A DNA stretch of 64,000 nt, from the NCBI RefSeq assembly GCF_006345805.1, contig NC_042999.1, positions 2,046,001-2,110,000 on the forward strand, given 5' to 3'. Positions 12,299 through 27,049 of the stretch are shown here, piece by piece; positions within the stretch are counted from its first letter, which is position 1, and every line of letters begins with the position of its first letter. Made by a program: the position numbers and the translations under genes. The notes beneath the pieces were generated by a model. The model saw nothing but the letters and a program-made list of their open reading frames with translations, searched no databases and was not told the origin of the DNA. Source of the DNA: Octopus sinensis (lineage: Eukaryota).

Positions 12299-13143
12299 TA
12301 TAAAGTAGCTCATACCCAGGATAATGCCATGCAATGCTACTTGCAACTGTGAGTTTAATTAGTTCTATGAGAGAGAGAGAGAGAGAGAAAGGAAGAGGGA
12401 AATGAGAGTAAAGGGAAGAGAATGTTAAACAATGTTTAATGATGCTAAAGGTTTAATTGGAATATTATGAAAGTGTATTGGATATTTCTGCAAGTTTATT
12501 TCTCTGATTAAAATCTTGAAATTTTATAATTAATTTCTTGCTTATGCGCAAGATATATTGTTTAACGGAAATGAGGTGGAATGAAAAAAAAAAAATCGAT
12601 GAAAGTGCTGGTGGAATTTGAACTCAGAATTGGGAGGATAAAAAGCATCAGTGGCTCTCCCATGCATGTAATTTGGTGTTTTATGCTGCAACCATGTAAA
12701 GTTCAACGTTCTAGAAATAATTAAATACTTTGTTCATTATTCTATTTAAAGGGGAACTCCACCTACAGGCAAGTTTAAGGATTCTTTCCTTCCTTTCCCT
12801 CTTCCTCCACCCCATCATTATCATCATCATCTTCATCATCATCATCATCATCATCATCATCTTCAGCATCACCGTTTTATCATCCACTTTTCTATGTTGG
12901 ATTTGGTCAGAGACAGATCTTCCATAAATGGACGCCCCTCACCTGCCACATACTTTTGGTCAATTCTTACCTGTTTCCCAAAGCAAGGTAATAGTTCCCC
13001 AAGGCCAGACATGTTTTTGCAGAATATTGGAAATAAATGCCATTTACTTATAACAATCATACAACACCATGACAAAGTGACACATACTCACACACAAATA
13101 TGCATTCAGAGAGAGAGAGAGAAAAACAATATATATATATATA

Positions 13144-13181
<38 letters not shown>

Positions 13182-13627
13182 ATATATTTACAAAATAAGA
13201 AAATGGAGAGAAATACATCTAAATCAATTATCAACTACCAGATAATACCCAATCACATACTTTATTAAACCACTATATAAGAACATTAAGGTCAAACATA
13301 ATAATATAGAACAAAACAGTGTACATGAAAGAGTAATATGATACAATAAGTACAATATGTATAAGAGGATATAAATAAATATAAATATAAATATAAACTA
13401 TATCTTACAGCTGTTTCGGCCATGCAGATAAGGGTGTCTCATTTTACTTATATTAGCCATGTGTGTTAGGTCAATATGTAGTTATAAATGAGACATTTAT
13501 AAAAATATCCCAAGGCTTCTTCGGAGATTATGAAATACAAACCAAATTAAATATACATCCATATAAGTGTGGGTACATACCCATAATATATCATATACAC
13601 ATACATATGAGTGCATATACTCATACT

Positions 13628-13667
<40 letters not shown>

Positions 13668-14437
13668 CATATTATATAAATAATATAAATCAATAAACAT
13701 ACATATGTTCCACATTCAATGTTACAGTTTTTCAACTTAATATTATGATATTACAATGTAGAAAACATACACATATTAACACCCAAATGCAGATATACAG
13801 AGTCAAGAGTATTATTATATTAATTTATGTTACTTTACAAAATGTCATTAATGTTAACATCATTACTATTATCATTACCACTAATGCCACCAATATCGTT
13901 ATTCTTATTATTAATAACACTAATACTAGCAAAACAATATATAGATCACATTATTAGCAATATAATTATGTATATACATATATACAGTAATCTATCAATT
14001 ATTACAGATGTTACATTCCAAAACCCCCAGCAACAGGTGAAAATCTGTGAAGTAGAAACAGTTCTGTATATATTTTTTTTATTCTTATAATTTGTATATA
14101 TTTATTTTATTATAAATGCAAAACACCACCACACACTCGCTTCCCGTATTTCGTTTTCCATACACTATGTGTGATTCCTTGTTTACTCATCTACAGTACA
14201 ATACGTAGTTTCTTTTAATACATTTTAATTAATCTGTTTTCCAGTGCAGTATTGTACTGTATTTTCATTTATTAATTTATTAACTTTTAGGCGTGAAAAT
14301 GCTTATTTTACCACAGAAATAATTAAAATCTAAAACATATAAGTACCAATTGGCTGCAGAAACCCACAATGAACCCAGAACCATGTGGTTGGGAAGCAAT
14401 CTTCTTACCACACCCATACCTGCACCTATATACATAT

Positions 14438-14547
<110 letters not shown>

Positions 14548-15600
14548 CATATATATATATATATATCCTTAAATCCTTAAAAATGTTTCAGCCCGAAGGC
14601 TGCGGCCATGCTGGGGCACCACTGCTTAATATTAGGGAGTATATCCAAACTTATATATATATTATATATACATACATACATATATATATATATATATCCT
14701 TAAATCCTTAAAAATGTTTCAGCCCGAAGGCTGCGGCCATGCTGGGGCACCACTGCTTAATATTAGGGAGTATATCCAAACTTACAGGGAAAAATTAGAT
14801 TTAGGATTAACTCAAATTTCACAGTATAAATATAAATTAAATTAGAGATAAAACCACTATTAGGCAACTCAAACAGTGATAGACATAAACTAAAACATAA
14901 AAAAAATATAATTAATATAATATACAAAATATATATAAAATATGAAATTTAAAATTTGAATTATTGAAATTTGAAATTTTAAAACTTATATTGAACAAAA
15001 TCCTTAATATTAATAAGTTTCAAAATATATTCTTTCCTAGAGGGTATTGGAATATCCTTCAAAGATGAATTCCATTTATATATATATATATAAATTAATC
15101 TATAATCATATACATAATTATAACAAGTGGTCAGCTATGTGCCTTGCCACGTACTGAATTAGAAATAGACACTAGTGTCTTTTCAACTACCATAAAAATC
15201 TCCAAGACAATAACACACTTTTAATCTAGACAAAAGAAAAAAGATGTGAAGGCACAGAGCTGACCCCTAGTTATAATTATGTATATAATTATAGAATGAT
15301 TTGTAAAATTTACCTAAAACGCTTTTATTTACATACTGACTATTTGGTAAAATTATTACTGATTTTACCCTATATTATTTAGATATGTATATATATATAT
15401 ATATATATATTTATGTATATCGTCACCATCATCATCATTGTTTAACATCCGCTTTTCATACTGGCATGGGTTGGATGGCTTGACTGAGGGTTGGCGAACC
15501 AGAAGGCTGCACCAGGCTCCAATCTGATCTGGTAGAGTTTCTACAGCTGGATGCCCTTCCTAGTACCAACCACTATGAGAATGTAATTATATATGTATGT

Positions 15601-15632
<32 letters not shown>

Positions 15633-16795
15633 AACAGGTTTCTTTCAGTTTCCATCTACGAAATCCACTTGCAAGGCTTTGGTTGGTCCAAGGCTATAGT
15701 TGAAGACACTTGCCCAGAACCCAGAACCCAGAACCATGTACTTAGATAGCAAGTTTCTTACCAAACAGCCACACCTGGATGGGATTTCTTTATATTGAAA
15801 GAGAAAAGTCTGATGCTAACAGAAATTGATTGAAAAGAAATCACAATAGGAACAGAAAAACTATTAAAAGTAAGTGAAGGCAGATTGATTAGGACAATAA
15901 GATGGTATTAAAACAAAAAAAATGAAGTTTCCTTTTATCTGTAAAGAAATAATTATTTACAGACAAGAAGATAATTACTCCGAGAGAAAAGAGTTTAGAT
16001 AAGAAATAAGTAACAGAATAGGTAAAAAAAGAAAATGATAGACACAACTAATATCATATCATGGGGTTTTCCCCATCTTGTATTCGTTTTAGTTATTGGA
16101 CTGTGGCCATGGTGGACACTGCCCTGAAGGGGTTTAGTCAAAGAAAATAACCTCAATACATTATAATCATCATCATCATCGTTTAACGTCCGTTTTCCAT
16201 GCTGGCATGGGTTGAATGGTTTGACTGACGTCTGGATAGCTAGGAGGCTGCACCAGGCTCCAATCTGATCTGGCAAGGTTTCAACAGCTGGTTGCCCTTC
16301 TTAATGGCAACCACTCTGAGAGTGTTGTTGGTACTTATACATGCCACCGGCATGAAGGCCAGCCAGTGGGTACTGGCATCAGCCATGTTCAGATGGTGCT
16401 TTTTACATGGTACTTTATTATGGAAGCATAATATACCATAAGGTATACTAAACATTTTCAGAAGTCAGTCCCACGTTCTACCGTGTCAGCAGTGCTCTTA
16501 CATTATTTTGTTATGGTTATTTCTATAGATATTCTCTAGAACTTACAGCCTGCACTGATTTCTGCTACATTTCGTATCAAGACATCAGATGTAAACAATG
16601 TGATCGAAGACAAAAGTAAGTAATGAGCGTATATGCCATATTTTGGGGCTTGTTGCCCCTTCATCAGCACCCATCTAACCCACTCTTATTTCTGAACACA
16701 TTGTTTATATTATTTACATTATTTACATTTGATGAATATACATTATTTACATTATTTACATTTGACGGCTATTTGTCCTCATCTTGTTCGTTGTT

Positions 16796-16841
16796 AACAC
16801 AACATTTCGGCTGATATACCCTCCAGCCTTCATCAGGTGTC
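16796..16841 (-). ncRNA. Minimal type I hammerhead ribozyme
   Basis: Reverse complement: GACAC CTGATGA A GGCTG gagggtatat CAGCC GAAA TG TT GTGTT. Stem I GACAC/GTGTT, stem II GGCTG/CAGCC, stem III A(C>T)GT. Confidence 0.75.
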
Positions 16842-17014
16842 TTGGAGAAATTTTGAACCTGGTTTCTCATGCCTAAGATATTTTTGGATGTTGTTGTTGT
16901 TATTATTCAGGTCATTGCCTAGAATCAGGCATAACGCATAGTGATTAAGATCGTAAGCTACTAACCCCAAGATTCTGAGCTCAATTCGAGACAGTGACCT
17001 GAATAATAATAATC

Positions 17015-17059
<45 letters not shown>

Positions 17060-17119
17060 TAATAATAATATAATAATAATAATAATATAATAATAATAAA
17101 ATAATGATAATATATAATG

Positions 17120-17156
<37 letters not shown>

Positions 17157-17212
17157 TGATAATAATAATAATAATAATATAATTAATAATAATAATAATG
17201 ATAATAATAATG

Positions 17213-17249
<37 letters not shown>

Positions 17250-17317
17250 TAATAATGATGATAATAATAATAATAATAATATAAATAATAATAATAATAA
17301 TGATAATAATAATAATG

Positions 17318-17351
<34 letters not shown>

Positions 17352-17403
17352 CAACATCGAAAAATTCATTAGGAATGAGAACCCAGGTTTGAAATTTCCC
17401 CAA

Positions 17404-17446
17404 GACACCTGATGAAGGCTGGAGGGTATATCGGCCGAAACGTGTT
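17404..17446 (+). ncRNA. Minimal type I hammerhead ribozyme (3-nt deletion at the cleavage site/stem I)
   Basis: GACAC CTGATGA A GGCTG gagggtatat CGGCC GAAA CGT GTT. The consensus with the partner copy is GAAACGTTGTGTT. Confidence 0.7.
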
Positions 17447-18109
17447 AACAACAAACAAGATGAGGACAAATATCTTTCAAATGTAAATAATGTAAAAGAC
17501 TATATATTCAGCATAAAAAATGTAAAAACCACATGCTTTCTGGTGGCTCCAGCTCCCCAAATTCGAAATATACGACAGAGTCAGTAAATATAAATGAAAC
17601 AATGTGCAGACACATCAACAGGGAAGCTGAGAAAAGGTTGTGAGAAAAGCATGACACACACCTTTTACATGACAATAGTATGGTTATTATAGTTTATGAC
17701 TAACAGACTAACATGTCTGTCTGGAGTGATGAGGACTTAAAAGCAAATGTTGCTGATAGCGTAATCAAAGACTAGAAACGGAAACCCATACCCTTGAAAA
17801 TCGGAACATAAAAAGATGTAATTAAATATTACAAAACGTTTTATCTGGAGATTTACTGATATTGATGTAATCTACCGCTGTTTGTCATTCACTGCCCTTG
17901 GATCTTATCATTATTATTATTATTATTACTATTATTATTAATATTATTAATATTAATATTATTAATATTATTATTATTATTATTATTATTATTACAATTA
18001 TTATTATTATTATATTATCATTATTAATATTATTATTACTATTATGATGATGAAGGTGGTGGTGGTGATGGTGATGATGATGATTATGATGATGATGATG
18101 ATGATAAAG

Positions 18110-19560
18110 GTGCAAGTGTGACTGTGTGGTAAGAAGCTTGCTTCCAAACCACATGGTTCTGGTTTCAGTCCCAGTGCATGGCAACTTGGGCAAATGTCTT
18201 CTACTATAGTCTCGGGCCAACAAAGGACTTGTGAGTTGATTTAGAAGATAGAAACTGAAAGAAGCTCATTTTATATACATATATATACATACATATATAT
18301 ATATAGGTGCAGGAGTGGCTGTGTGGTAAGTAGCTTGCTAACCAACCACATGGTTCCGGGTTCAGTCCCACTGCATGGCATCTTGGGCAAGTGTCTTCTA
18401 CTATAGCCCCGGGCCAACCAATGCCTTGTGAGTGGATTTGGTAGACGGAAACTGAAAGAAGCCTGTCGTATATATGTGTATATATATATATGTAAGTGTG
18501 TATTTGTGTGTCTGTGTTTGTCCCTCTAGCATTGCTTGACAACCGATCCTGGTGTGTTTACGTCCCCGTCACTTAGCGGTTCGGCAAAAGAGACCGATAG
18601 AATAAGTACTGGGCTTACAAAGAATAAGTCTCGCTGTCGATTTGCTCTATTAAAGGCGTTGCTCCAGCATGGCCGCAGTCAAATGACTGAAACAAGTAAA
18701 AGAGTAAAGAGTATATATATATTCTATTATTCTTTTATCCTTTTATTCCTCTATTTGTTTCAGTCATTTGACTGCAGCCATGCTGGAGCACTGCCTTTCA
18801 GTCGAACAAATAGACCCTGGGACTTATTCTTTGTAACCCTAGTACATATTCTATCAGTCTCTTTTGCCAAACCACTAAGTCCATTCACAAGGCTTTGGTT
18901 GGCATGAAGCCATAGTAGAAAATATTTGCTCAAGGTGTCACACAGTGGGACTGAACCTAGAATCATGAGGTTGGTAAGCAAGTTACTTACCACACAACCA
19001 CTCCTGTGCCTATATACCTGTTGTAATTTAGTCATCCACAGTCTGATATGATATTTCGGAATAATATTCCTTCTTCGGATATTCTTAGATGAAGTTGTTG
19101 CTATAATCAGTTTTTATTATCATCATTTTCTTATATATACATATATACTCTTTTACTTGTTTCAGTCATTTGACTGGCTATGCTGGAGCACCACCTTTAA
19201 TTGAGTAGATCGATCCCAGGACTTATTCTTTGTAAGCCTAGTACTTATTCTATTGGTTTCTTTTGCCAAACCGCTAAGTTACAGGGACGTAAACACACCA
19301 GCATTGGTTGTCAAGAGATGTTGGGGGGACAAACACAGACACACAAACATATACACATATACATATACATACATATATGTATATATATACACACACATAT
19401 ATACGACGGGCTTCTTTCAGTTTCTGTCTACCAAATCCACTCACAAGGCTTTTGGTTGGCCCGAGGCTATAGTAGAAGACACTTGTCCAAGGTGCCATGC
19501 AGTGGGACTGAACCCGGAATCATGTGGTTCGTAAGCAAGCTATTTACCACACAGCCACTT
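18110..19560. mobile_element. Cluster of four SINE family A copies (18110-18270 +, 18303-18710 +, 18740-19015 -, 19145-19560 -)
   Basis: Homology to the other family A copies. Confidence 0.85.
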
Positions 19561-20129
19561 CTATATCTACACTCACAGATTTACACACATAATAGGAAAA
19601 CTACCCAATTTCCATCTCCCAAACTTGATTCCTGTGCCTGTGGTTGGTGAGATGCCATGTTGCAATAGTAGAAGACAGATGCACAATATGCCACACAGTG
19701 AAATTGAACCAAAACCTCCTGGTTCCAAGACCAACTTCCTCACTGTTCAGACATGGTTCTGCCTGGTGTGGTTAGAATTTTGATGAAAATTGATTTGTAG
19801 AATACAAAATAAAAAACAGGTGAATGAAATATTATTAAACTTGCGCCTAATATCATACAAAATTTCCTTTCCTTTACACGATATTAAAAAGTGAAAAAAA
19901 AAAAGAAAAGAAATATATAAAAAAGCAATGGAAGAATTTTTATATTTTCTGCTAGACATAGCAATTAAAAATATATAAACACGATCACTCAAGTATGTTA
20001 CTGCACAGTGAATAGAAAAAGAAATATTCAGTGTTTTAAATAGAGTCCACGCCAATGAAAGTTTTCCATTGAAATATTAGTTATTTCATCTCCTTGGAGC
20101 CTGCTAATACACCTCAAATATTAATAATA

Positions 20130-20388
20130 CTACTAATAATAAAACAATTTTATTATTAGTAGTAGTAGTAGTATCATCATCATCTTCATCATCATCATCA
20201 TTAATATTATATTATTATTAAAAGAAATCATTAAAATATAAAAGGAATCATTATTATTGTTATTATTATTATTATTATTATTGTTATTGTTATTATTGTT
20301 GTTGTTATTATTATCATTATTATTATTATTATTATTTTTGTTGTTATTAATATTATTATTGTTATTATTATTATTGTTGTTACTATCA

Positions 20389-20432
<44 letters not shown>

Positions 20433-20466
20433 GTCATTGTTATTATTATTATTGTTGCTGTTGTTG

Positions 20467-20497
<31 letters not shown>

Positions 20498-20510
20498 TAT
20501 TATTTTTATT
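20130..20510. repeat. (ATT/GTT/CAT)n trinucleotide tract
   Basis: Direct reading. Confidence 0.9.
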
Positions 20511-21149
20511 ATATGGTTTTCGTTCATCCATCCATGCCACTGGTCACCTTAAATTAATGTGCTTATATCTAACTAAATTAAAGTTTTTTTTACATAACTG
20601 CATTTGAATAATAGAGACTAATGCTAAACTAATTTTGTGTTAAACAATATTCCAGCTTCAGTTTGGAATATAACACGAGTAATTATAATATATTATTGAC
20701 TAACGAGTACGAGTCGGCTAATTGCTTAGCAAAAACCGGCTAAGTATTTTTCATTTCACTAAGATCAATGTGTTTAGCTGCATAGAATAAACTTATTAAT
20801 TCCAAGTAGAAAAAACTTCTGGGTTTTCTACTTTTTTTTTTTTTTTTTTTTTTTTGTCTTTTGCAGTCAGGAGGGAGAACTATGCAGGCTTGATTAGAGA
20901 AAATACAGGAAAAGGTTAAAAGTCTTTTGCCAGAGAAAATAAATGGGAGTGATATGATTGAAATGAAATTAAGATGATCTCAAAGAAATAAAAAGATGAA
21001 ATAATAAAATTTTAAAAAATGGTTTCAGTCTTATTTTTGCATGATATTTTCAAGTAATTATAGAGTTGAGATTCTTCAGAGGCAGTTTTTAAACAGAAGA
21101 TAAATTGAAAATAGACACTGAATTCCAATTTCTCCGCATGCTAAAATAA

Positions 21150-22500
21150 CCGTTCTAGCATGAAACAAGGGGGAGAAAAGAAACAGACGAGCAAAACAAA
21201 ACAAAAAAAATATATTAGGAAAAGGAAAATGAAAAAAAAAATGCAAGGAGGAGGAGGAGCAGGGGGAGAAAAAGAAGGAAGAGGAAGGAAATGATGATAA
21301 TAAAAACAACAGCAACAAGGAGGAGGAGGAGTAAATAATAACAAGAACAACAACGACAACACAACACGAAAAAGAAGAAAACGGAAAAGAACAACAATAA
21401 CAACAACATCAACAACAAGAAAAAGAAGAAGAAGAAGAAGAAGAAGAAAACGAAGAAGAAAAAGGAAAAAAACAACAACAGCAAGACGAACAATAACAAC
21501 AACAACATCAACAAGAAGAATAAGAACAACAACAACAACAATAACAAGTAGGAGGAGTAAATAATAATAAGAACAACAACAACAACACAACACGAAAAAG
21601 AAGAAAACAGAAAAGAACAACAGGAAGAAGAACAACAATAACAACAACATCAACAACAAGAAAAAGAAGAAGAAGAAGAAGAAGAAGAAGAAGAAGAAAA
21701 CGAAGAAGAAAAAGGAAAAAAACAACAACAGCAAGAAGAAGAACAACAACAACATCAACAAGAAGAATAAGAACAAGAACAACAACAACAACAACAACAC
21801 AACACGAAAAATAAAGAAAACGGAAAAGAACAAGAACAACAACAGGAAGAAGAACAACAATAACAACAACATCAACAACAAGAAAAAGAAGAAAAAGAAG
21901 GAGGAGAAGAAGAAGACGAAGAAGAAGAAGAAGAAGAAGAAGAAGGAAAATAACAACAACAACAGGAAGAAGAACAACAACAATGACAACAACAACAAGA
22001 AAAAGAACAACAACAACAGCAACAACATCAAGAAGAAGAAGGAGGAGGAGAGGAGGAGGGGGAGGGGAGAAGAAGGAGGGGAGGAGGAGAAGAAGAAGAA
22101 GAAGAGATAAATGAGACAGCATGATTGTAATAGTATTAAATAATGAAGGAAAGAAATGAAGATGTAGAGGAAGAAGTAATTGAGAAAAAATTGGAGAGAA
22201 GAAAATTGAGATTTTAAGTATTTAAGAAGAAAAGGAAATAAGAGAGCAAATAGGAATGAAATTGAAAGAGAAAAGAATAAGTGAAAGATATTGAAAAGCA
22301 ATGAATGTGAGATAAAAATGTGAAGGAATAAATAAGATAAAGAAGGAAAGAGGTAAATGAAATCAGATGAAGGAGAGGATAAAGAAAATTTGGGAATTAA
22401 AGGAGAATGAGAATTAATTGAGCACGAAGAAATATCATTGAATGAGGAAAGAATAAGAAGAGAAAGATTATACAAAGTGTAATGTATGAAGGAAAGAGTG
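21150..22500. repeat. A-rich (AAC/AAG)n compound repeat with a higher-order unit
   Basis: The block acaacacaacacgaaaaagaagaaaacggaaaagaac..aaaacgaagaagaaaaaggaaaaaaacaacaacagcaag recurs at about 21355, 21580 and 21790. The 444-aa ORF over it is a repeat translation. Confidence 0.85.
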
Positions 22501-23321
22501 TGAGATAAAAAAAAATGTGAAAGAATCAGATGAACTAGAAGGCAGAGAATGATAATTGGAAAAAGAGAAGAATATGTTGGCGAATAAAGGAAAAAAGGAA
22601 AGAGAATGAAGTTGAAAGTTAAGGAAGATTTTTAAAAATCACTAGATGTAGAAGGAGTTGTGGAAGTGAAGGAAAAAAATAAGCAGTGGAATGATTAAGA
22701 ATAAATAGATTAAAAAAATAAATTCAGAGAAGCAGTAAAAAAAAAAATTATGCATGAAGATAAAAATAAAACAAAAATAAAAGAAAATAGAAAAAATTTT
22801 TCTTGAAGTAGATTCGCCATACATGGAATGTCTAAAAGTGTTTGAAGAGATGCCATCACAAACTGGCCATGTTGTTGTCTTGTAGGAAACAGATAAAGAG
22901 AAAATTGTTTATGGTTGGCAAGCTCTATTACATGTACAGTGAGACCATTCAAGTGGAGGACTGAATAAAGGTAAATGTTTTATAGTGTGTGCATGGAGCT
23001 GTGTACATAGAAAATAAAAAGTTTGTGAAGAGTCCAAACAAGGGATAGGAGACATATAACTTATGCATCAGAGAGGAATGATACTTATGTTTTGGCTGTC
23101 ACTGGTAGATTATAAGTAGAGGAAGAAGGGAAATAAATCAATAGATATATGACAAGGTTCCTCTGCCAGGGCCTGTATAGCCCTTGGAGGCCCATGTAGG
23201 ATTTTGCTGTTAAATTTTATCTGCAGTAATTTAGTTATACTTTTACAATAAACAAAATGTTATAAGAATTTTTTTAAAACAATTCCAAATGAACACAGGA
23301 TAATGCTAATAATATACCTAT

Positions 23322-24540
23322 TTCTTTACTACCCACAAGGGGCTAAACACAGAGGAGACAAACAAGGACAGACAAACGGATTAAGTCGATTATATCAACC
23401 CCAGTGCATATGTGGTACTTATTTAATCGAAAGGCGGTGAGCTAGCAGAAGCGTTAGCACACCGGGCGAAATGCTTTGCGGTACTTCGTCTGCCGTTGTG
23501 AGTTCAAATTCCGCCGAGGTCGACTTTGCCTTTCATCCTTTCGGGGTCGATAAATTAAGTACCAGTTATGCACTGGGGTCGATGTAATCGACATAAGACC
23601 TATGTCTGTCCTTGTTTGTCCCCTCTATGTTTAGCCCCTTGTGGGTAATAAAGAAATAGGTACTTATTTAATCGACCCTGAAAGGATGAAAGGCAAAGTT
23701 GACCTTGGCGGAATTTGAACTCAGAATGTAGCGGTAGATGAAATACTGCTAAGCATTTTGCCCAGCCTGCTAACATTTCTGCTAATAATATACCATGAGT
23801 CTCGTGGCTGGCCACCAACAGATTTTTTTGCAAAATTTGGGTAGTTTATCCTGTTCATGATATATTATTAGCATCATCCTGTGTTTGATAGTAAAATTAT
23901 TTCATTATCTTTCAATACATCTCAACACTTCTAAAGAAAATTTTGTTTACTTTCATTGCAATTCGAATTTAAATTCCAGATAACATTTAACAATAAAAAT
24001 ATTATAGGGTTTTTAAACATCAAATGGTCTTCAAAGGTCCAGCTGAATAACAGAGGAATCAAAGATGATCCCATAGAAAAAGAAATGTTTGAGAACCACT
24101 GGTCTATGAGAGAGCATGATAAGATATACCCCAATGCAAGACAGGAAGCCGGCAGAAACGTTAGCATGCCGTTTGCTGCTACGTTCTGAGTTAAAATTCC
24201 ACCGAGGTCAACTTTGCCTTTCATCCTTTTGGGGTCGATTAAATAAGTAGCAGTTATGCACTGGGTTCGATATAATTGACTTAATCCTTTGTCTGTCCTT
24301 GTTTGTTCCCTCTGTGTGTCGCCCCTTGTGGACAGTGAAGAAATAAGAAATGTTAGCACAGCGGGCGAATTGCTTAGTGGTATTTCGTCTGTCTTTACAT
24401 TCTGAGTTCAAATTCCGCCGCAGTTGACTTTGCCCTTCATCCTTTCAGGGTCGATAAATTAAGCAATAGTTGCATACTAGAGTCGATCTGACCCCCACCT
24501 CTCCCAAAATTTTGGGCCTTGTGTCTAGAGTAGAAAAGAA
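23322..24540. mobile_element. Cluster of SINE family B copies in both orientations (23322-23790, 24140-24540)
   Basis: Family B head and body, with the tail tttgtcccctct.tgtttagccccttgtgggtaataaagaaa. Confidence 0.8.
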
Positions 24541-25544
24541 GATGTACCCCAACACCCTTTGTTAACTAGTTTGTGAATTTTGGGAGACAATATGAAAAAA
24601 GATGACTCTTTAGGCTTATCAAGAGCAGAATAACCCTCTAGTGCTGGTGTTGTAATAAAATGCATCCAGTAAAGGGGTTGAAAAGCATCGATCGGTTGAA
24701 ACCAGGAAAAAATTGAATGCACCGAGTTCACTCTGAAAAGGTGATGGCAAATGAGTGGAGAAAGTGTAACCCTTCAGTTGTGTCTCATTGAGGACTTGAC
24801 AATTTTTCTAGTATTGATGCCTCAAGAAAATGCACCCAGCAAAGTGGTTGGTGATAGGAAGAGCACCCAGTTTCAGAAATAAAGTCAACGTGAACGCAAA
24901 TTTATGTAATTAGGGAATCTCAACATGAACTAAGATTGTGGTGACTCATCCAACCCATACCAACATGGAAAAGTGGACGTAAAATGATGATGATTATGAC
25001 GATGAGGAAACATACATACAGGGATACATGCATGCATACATATATACATATATATGCACATCTACATCATTATCGTCATTATACCTCTGCTTTCCATGCT
25101 GGGATGCATTGGACAGAGTGTTGCAAATCCATGTTACCTCACAGTGCATGTGTGTGCACATGTGTGCGTGTGTGTGTGCGTGTGTGTGTGTTTGTGTGTG
25201 TGTGCATGTGCACATGCATGCACATGTGCATGCATGTATTTGTGTGTTTGTGTATGTGTGCATGCGTATACGTACTTGTATGTGTGCATTTGTATATGTG
25301 TTAATGCGCATTCCTGTGTGTGTGTGTGTGTGTGTGTTACTGTTATCTTTTCTTGACATTTCGTGATAATTGCAAACGAGAATCATCGTTGTGCAAACGG
25401 TTTCGTTTCTTTCTTGTCTGGCCAAAGGGAAATATTACGAAGCTCAGAAACAGGGGAGCGTGGGGGACAAGAAACGCACAGGGAGTCACAGGGAGTCTGT
25501 CTCAATAAACTCCATCCGACTCATACAAGCATGGGAAACTAAAT

Positions 25545-26625
25545 ATCAAATGATGGGGATGATGAAGAAGACAATGATGATGATAATGGTGATGAAGATG
25601 ATGATGATTATGATGATGATGATGACAATGATGAGGATGACGACGGCGATGATGATGGTGATGATGATGTGATGATGATATGATAGTGATGATGATGATG
25701 ATGACAATGATGATAGTGATGATGATGATGATGATGATGACGATGATGATGATGATGGTGATGACAATGATGAGGATGAAGAAGACAATGATGATGATAA
25801 TGGTGATGAAGATGATGATGATGATAATGATATGATAGTGATGATGATGATGATGATGATGATGACGATGATGAGGATGAAGAAGACAATGATGATGATA
25901 ATGGTGATGAAGATGATGATGATGATGATGACGATGATGATGATGATGACAATGATGAGGATGACGACGGCGATGATGATGACAATGATGATAGTGATGA
26001 TGATGATGATGATGACGATGATGATGATGATGATGATGACAATGATGAGGATGATGATGATAGTGATGATGATGATGATGATGATGATGACGATGATGAT
26101 GATGACAATGATGATAGTGATGATGATGATGATGATGATGACGATTGACGATGATGATGATGATGACAATGATGAGGATGAAGAAGACATGATGATGATA
26201 ATGGTGATGAAGATTGATGATGTGATAATGATATGATAGTGATGATGATGATGATGACAATGATGATAGTGATGATGATGATGATGATGATGACGATGAC
26301 GATGATGATGATGATGACGATGATGAGGATGAAGAAGACAATGATGATGATAATGGTGATGAAGATGATGATGATGATGATGATGACGATGATGATGATG
26401 ATGACAATGATGAGGATGATGATGATAGTGATGATGATGATGATGATGATGATGACGATGATGATGATGATGATGATGAGGATGACGACGACGACGATGA
26501 TGATGGTGATGATGACGATGATGACAACAACAACAATGATGATAATGGTGATGAAGATGATGACAACGACGCCGATGATGACGATGATGATGACAATGAT
26601 GAAGATGATGATGATGATGATGTTT
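25545..26625. repeat. About 1.1-kb (GAT)n array with recurring variant blocks
   Basis: Direct reading. The block gaggatgaagaagacaatgatgatgataatggtgatgaag recurs several times. Confidence 0.95.
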
Positions 26626-26956
26626 GTATGCATGTTTATGTGTTTCTGTGTCTGTAAAACTGTGAGACTATGTTCCCTTAAGTGAGTAGTTAAAGTTTAT
26701 GCTTTCGATGAATAGAGAAAAAAAAGAAAAAGATAGTAAAAATACCGTAGTCAAAACTCTTGGCAGAAAAAAGAAGAAGAAGACGTATAAACGACCACAT
26801 AGGAGTGGCTGTGTGGTAAGATGTTTGCTTCCCAACCACATTGTTCAGAGTTCAATCCCACTGTGCCACCTTCTACTATAGCTTCAGAATGACCAAAGCC
26901 TTCTGAGGGAATTTGGTCAACAAAAACTGAAAGACGTCCATAGTATATACATATAT

Positions 26957-27031
<75 letters not shown>

Positions 27032-27049
27032 ATCCAAACAAGAAAACAC

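Larger units (their letters stand above)
16705..17497. mobile_element. Fold-back Penelope-type terminal repeat: inverted partial copy + tRNA-like head + (AAT)n + hammerhead
   Basis: 16705-16926 is the reverse complement of 16983-17497 apart from (AAT)n length. The unique centre (about 16927-16990) has A-box-like TAGTGATTAAG and B-box-like GAGCTCAATTC. Confidence 0.7.

Noticed and set aside
13403-13445. Minus-strand GAAACAGCTGTAAG half-hammerhead (similar decayed traces at about 15290-15330 and 60855-60870)
   Set aside because: The CUGANGA half is missing or unrecognisable, so a ribozyme cannot be supported.
16927-16990. Functional tRNA gene (also 50600-50690)
   Set aside because: No complete acceptor stem and degenerate arms; treated as tRNA-derived heads only.
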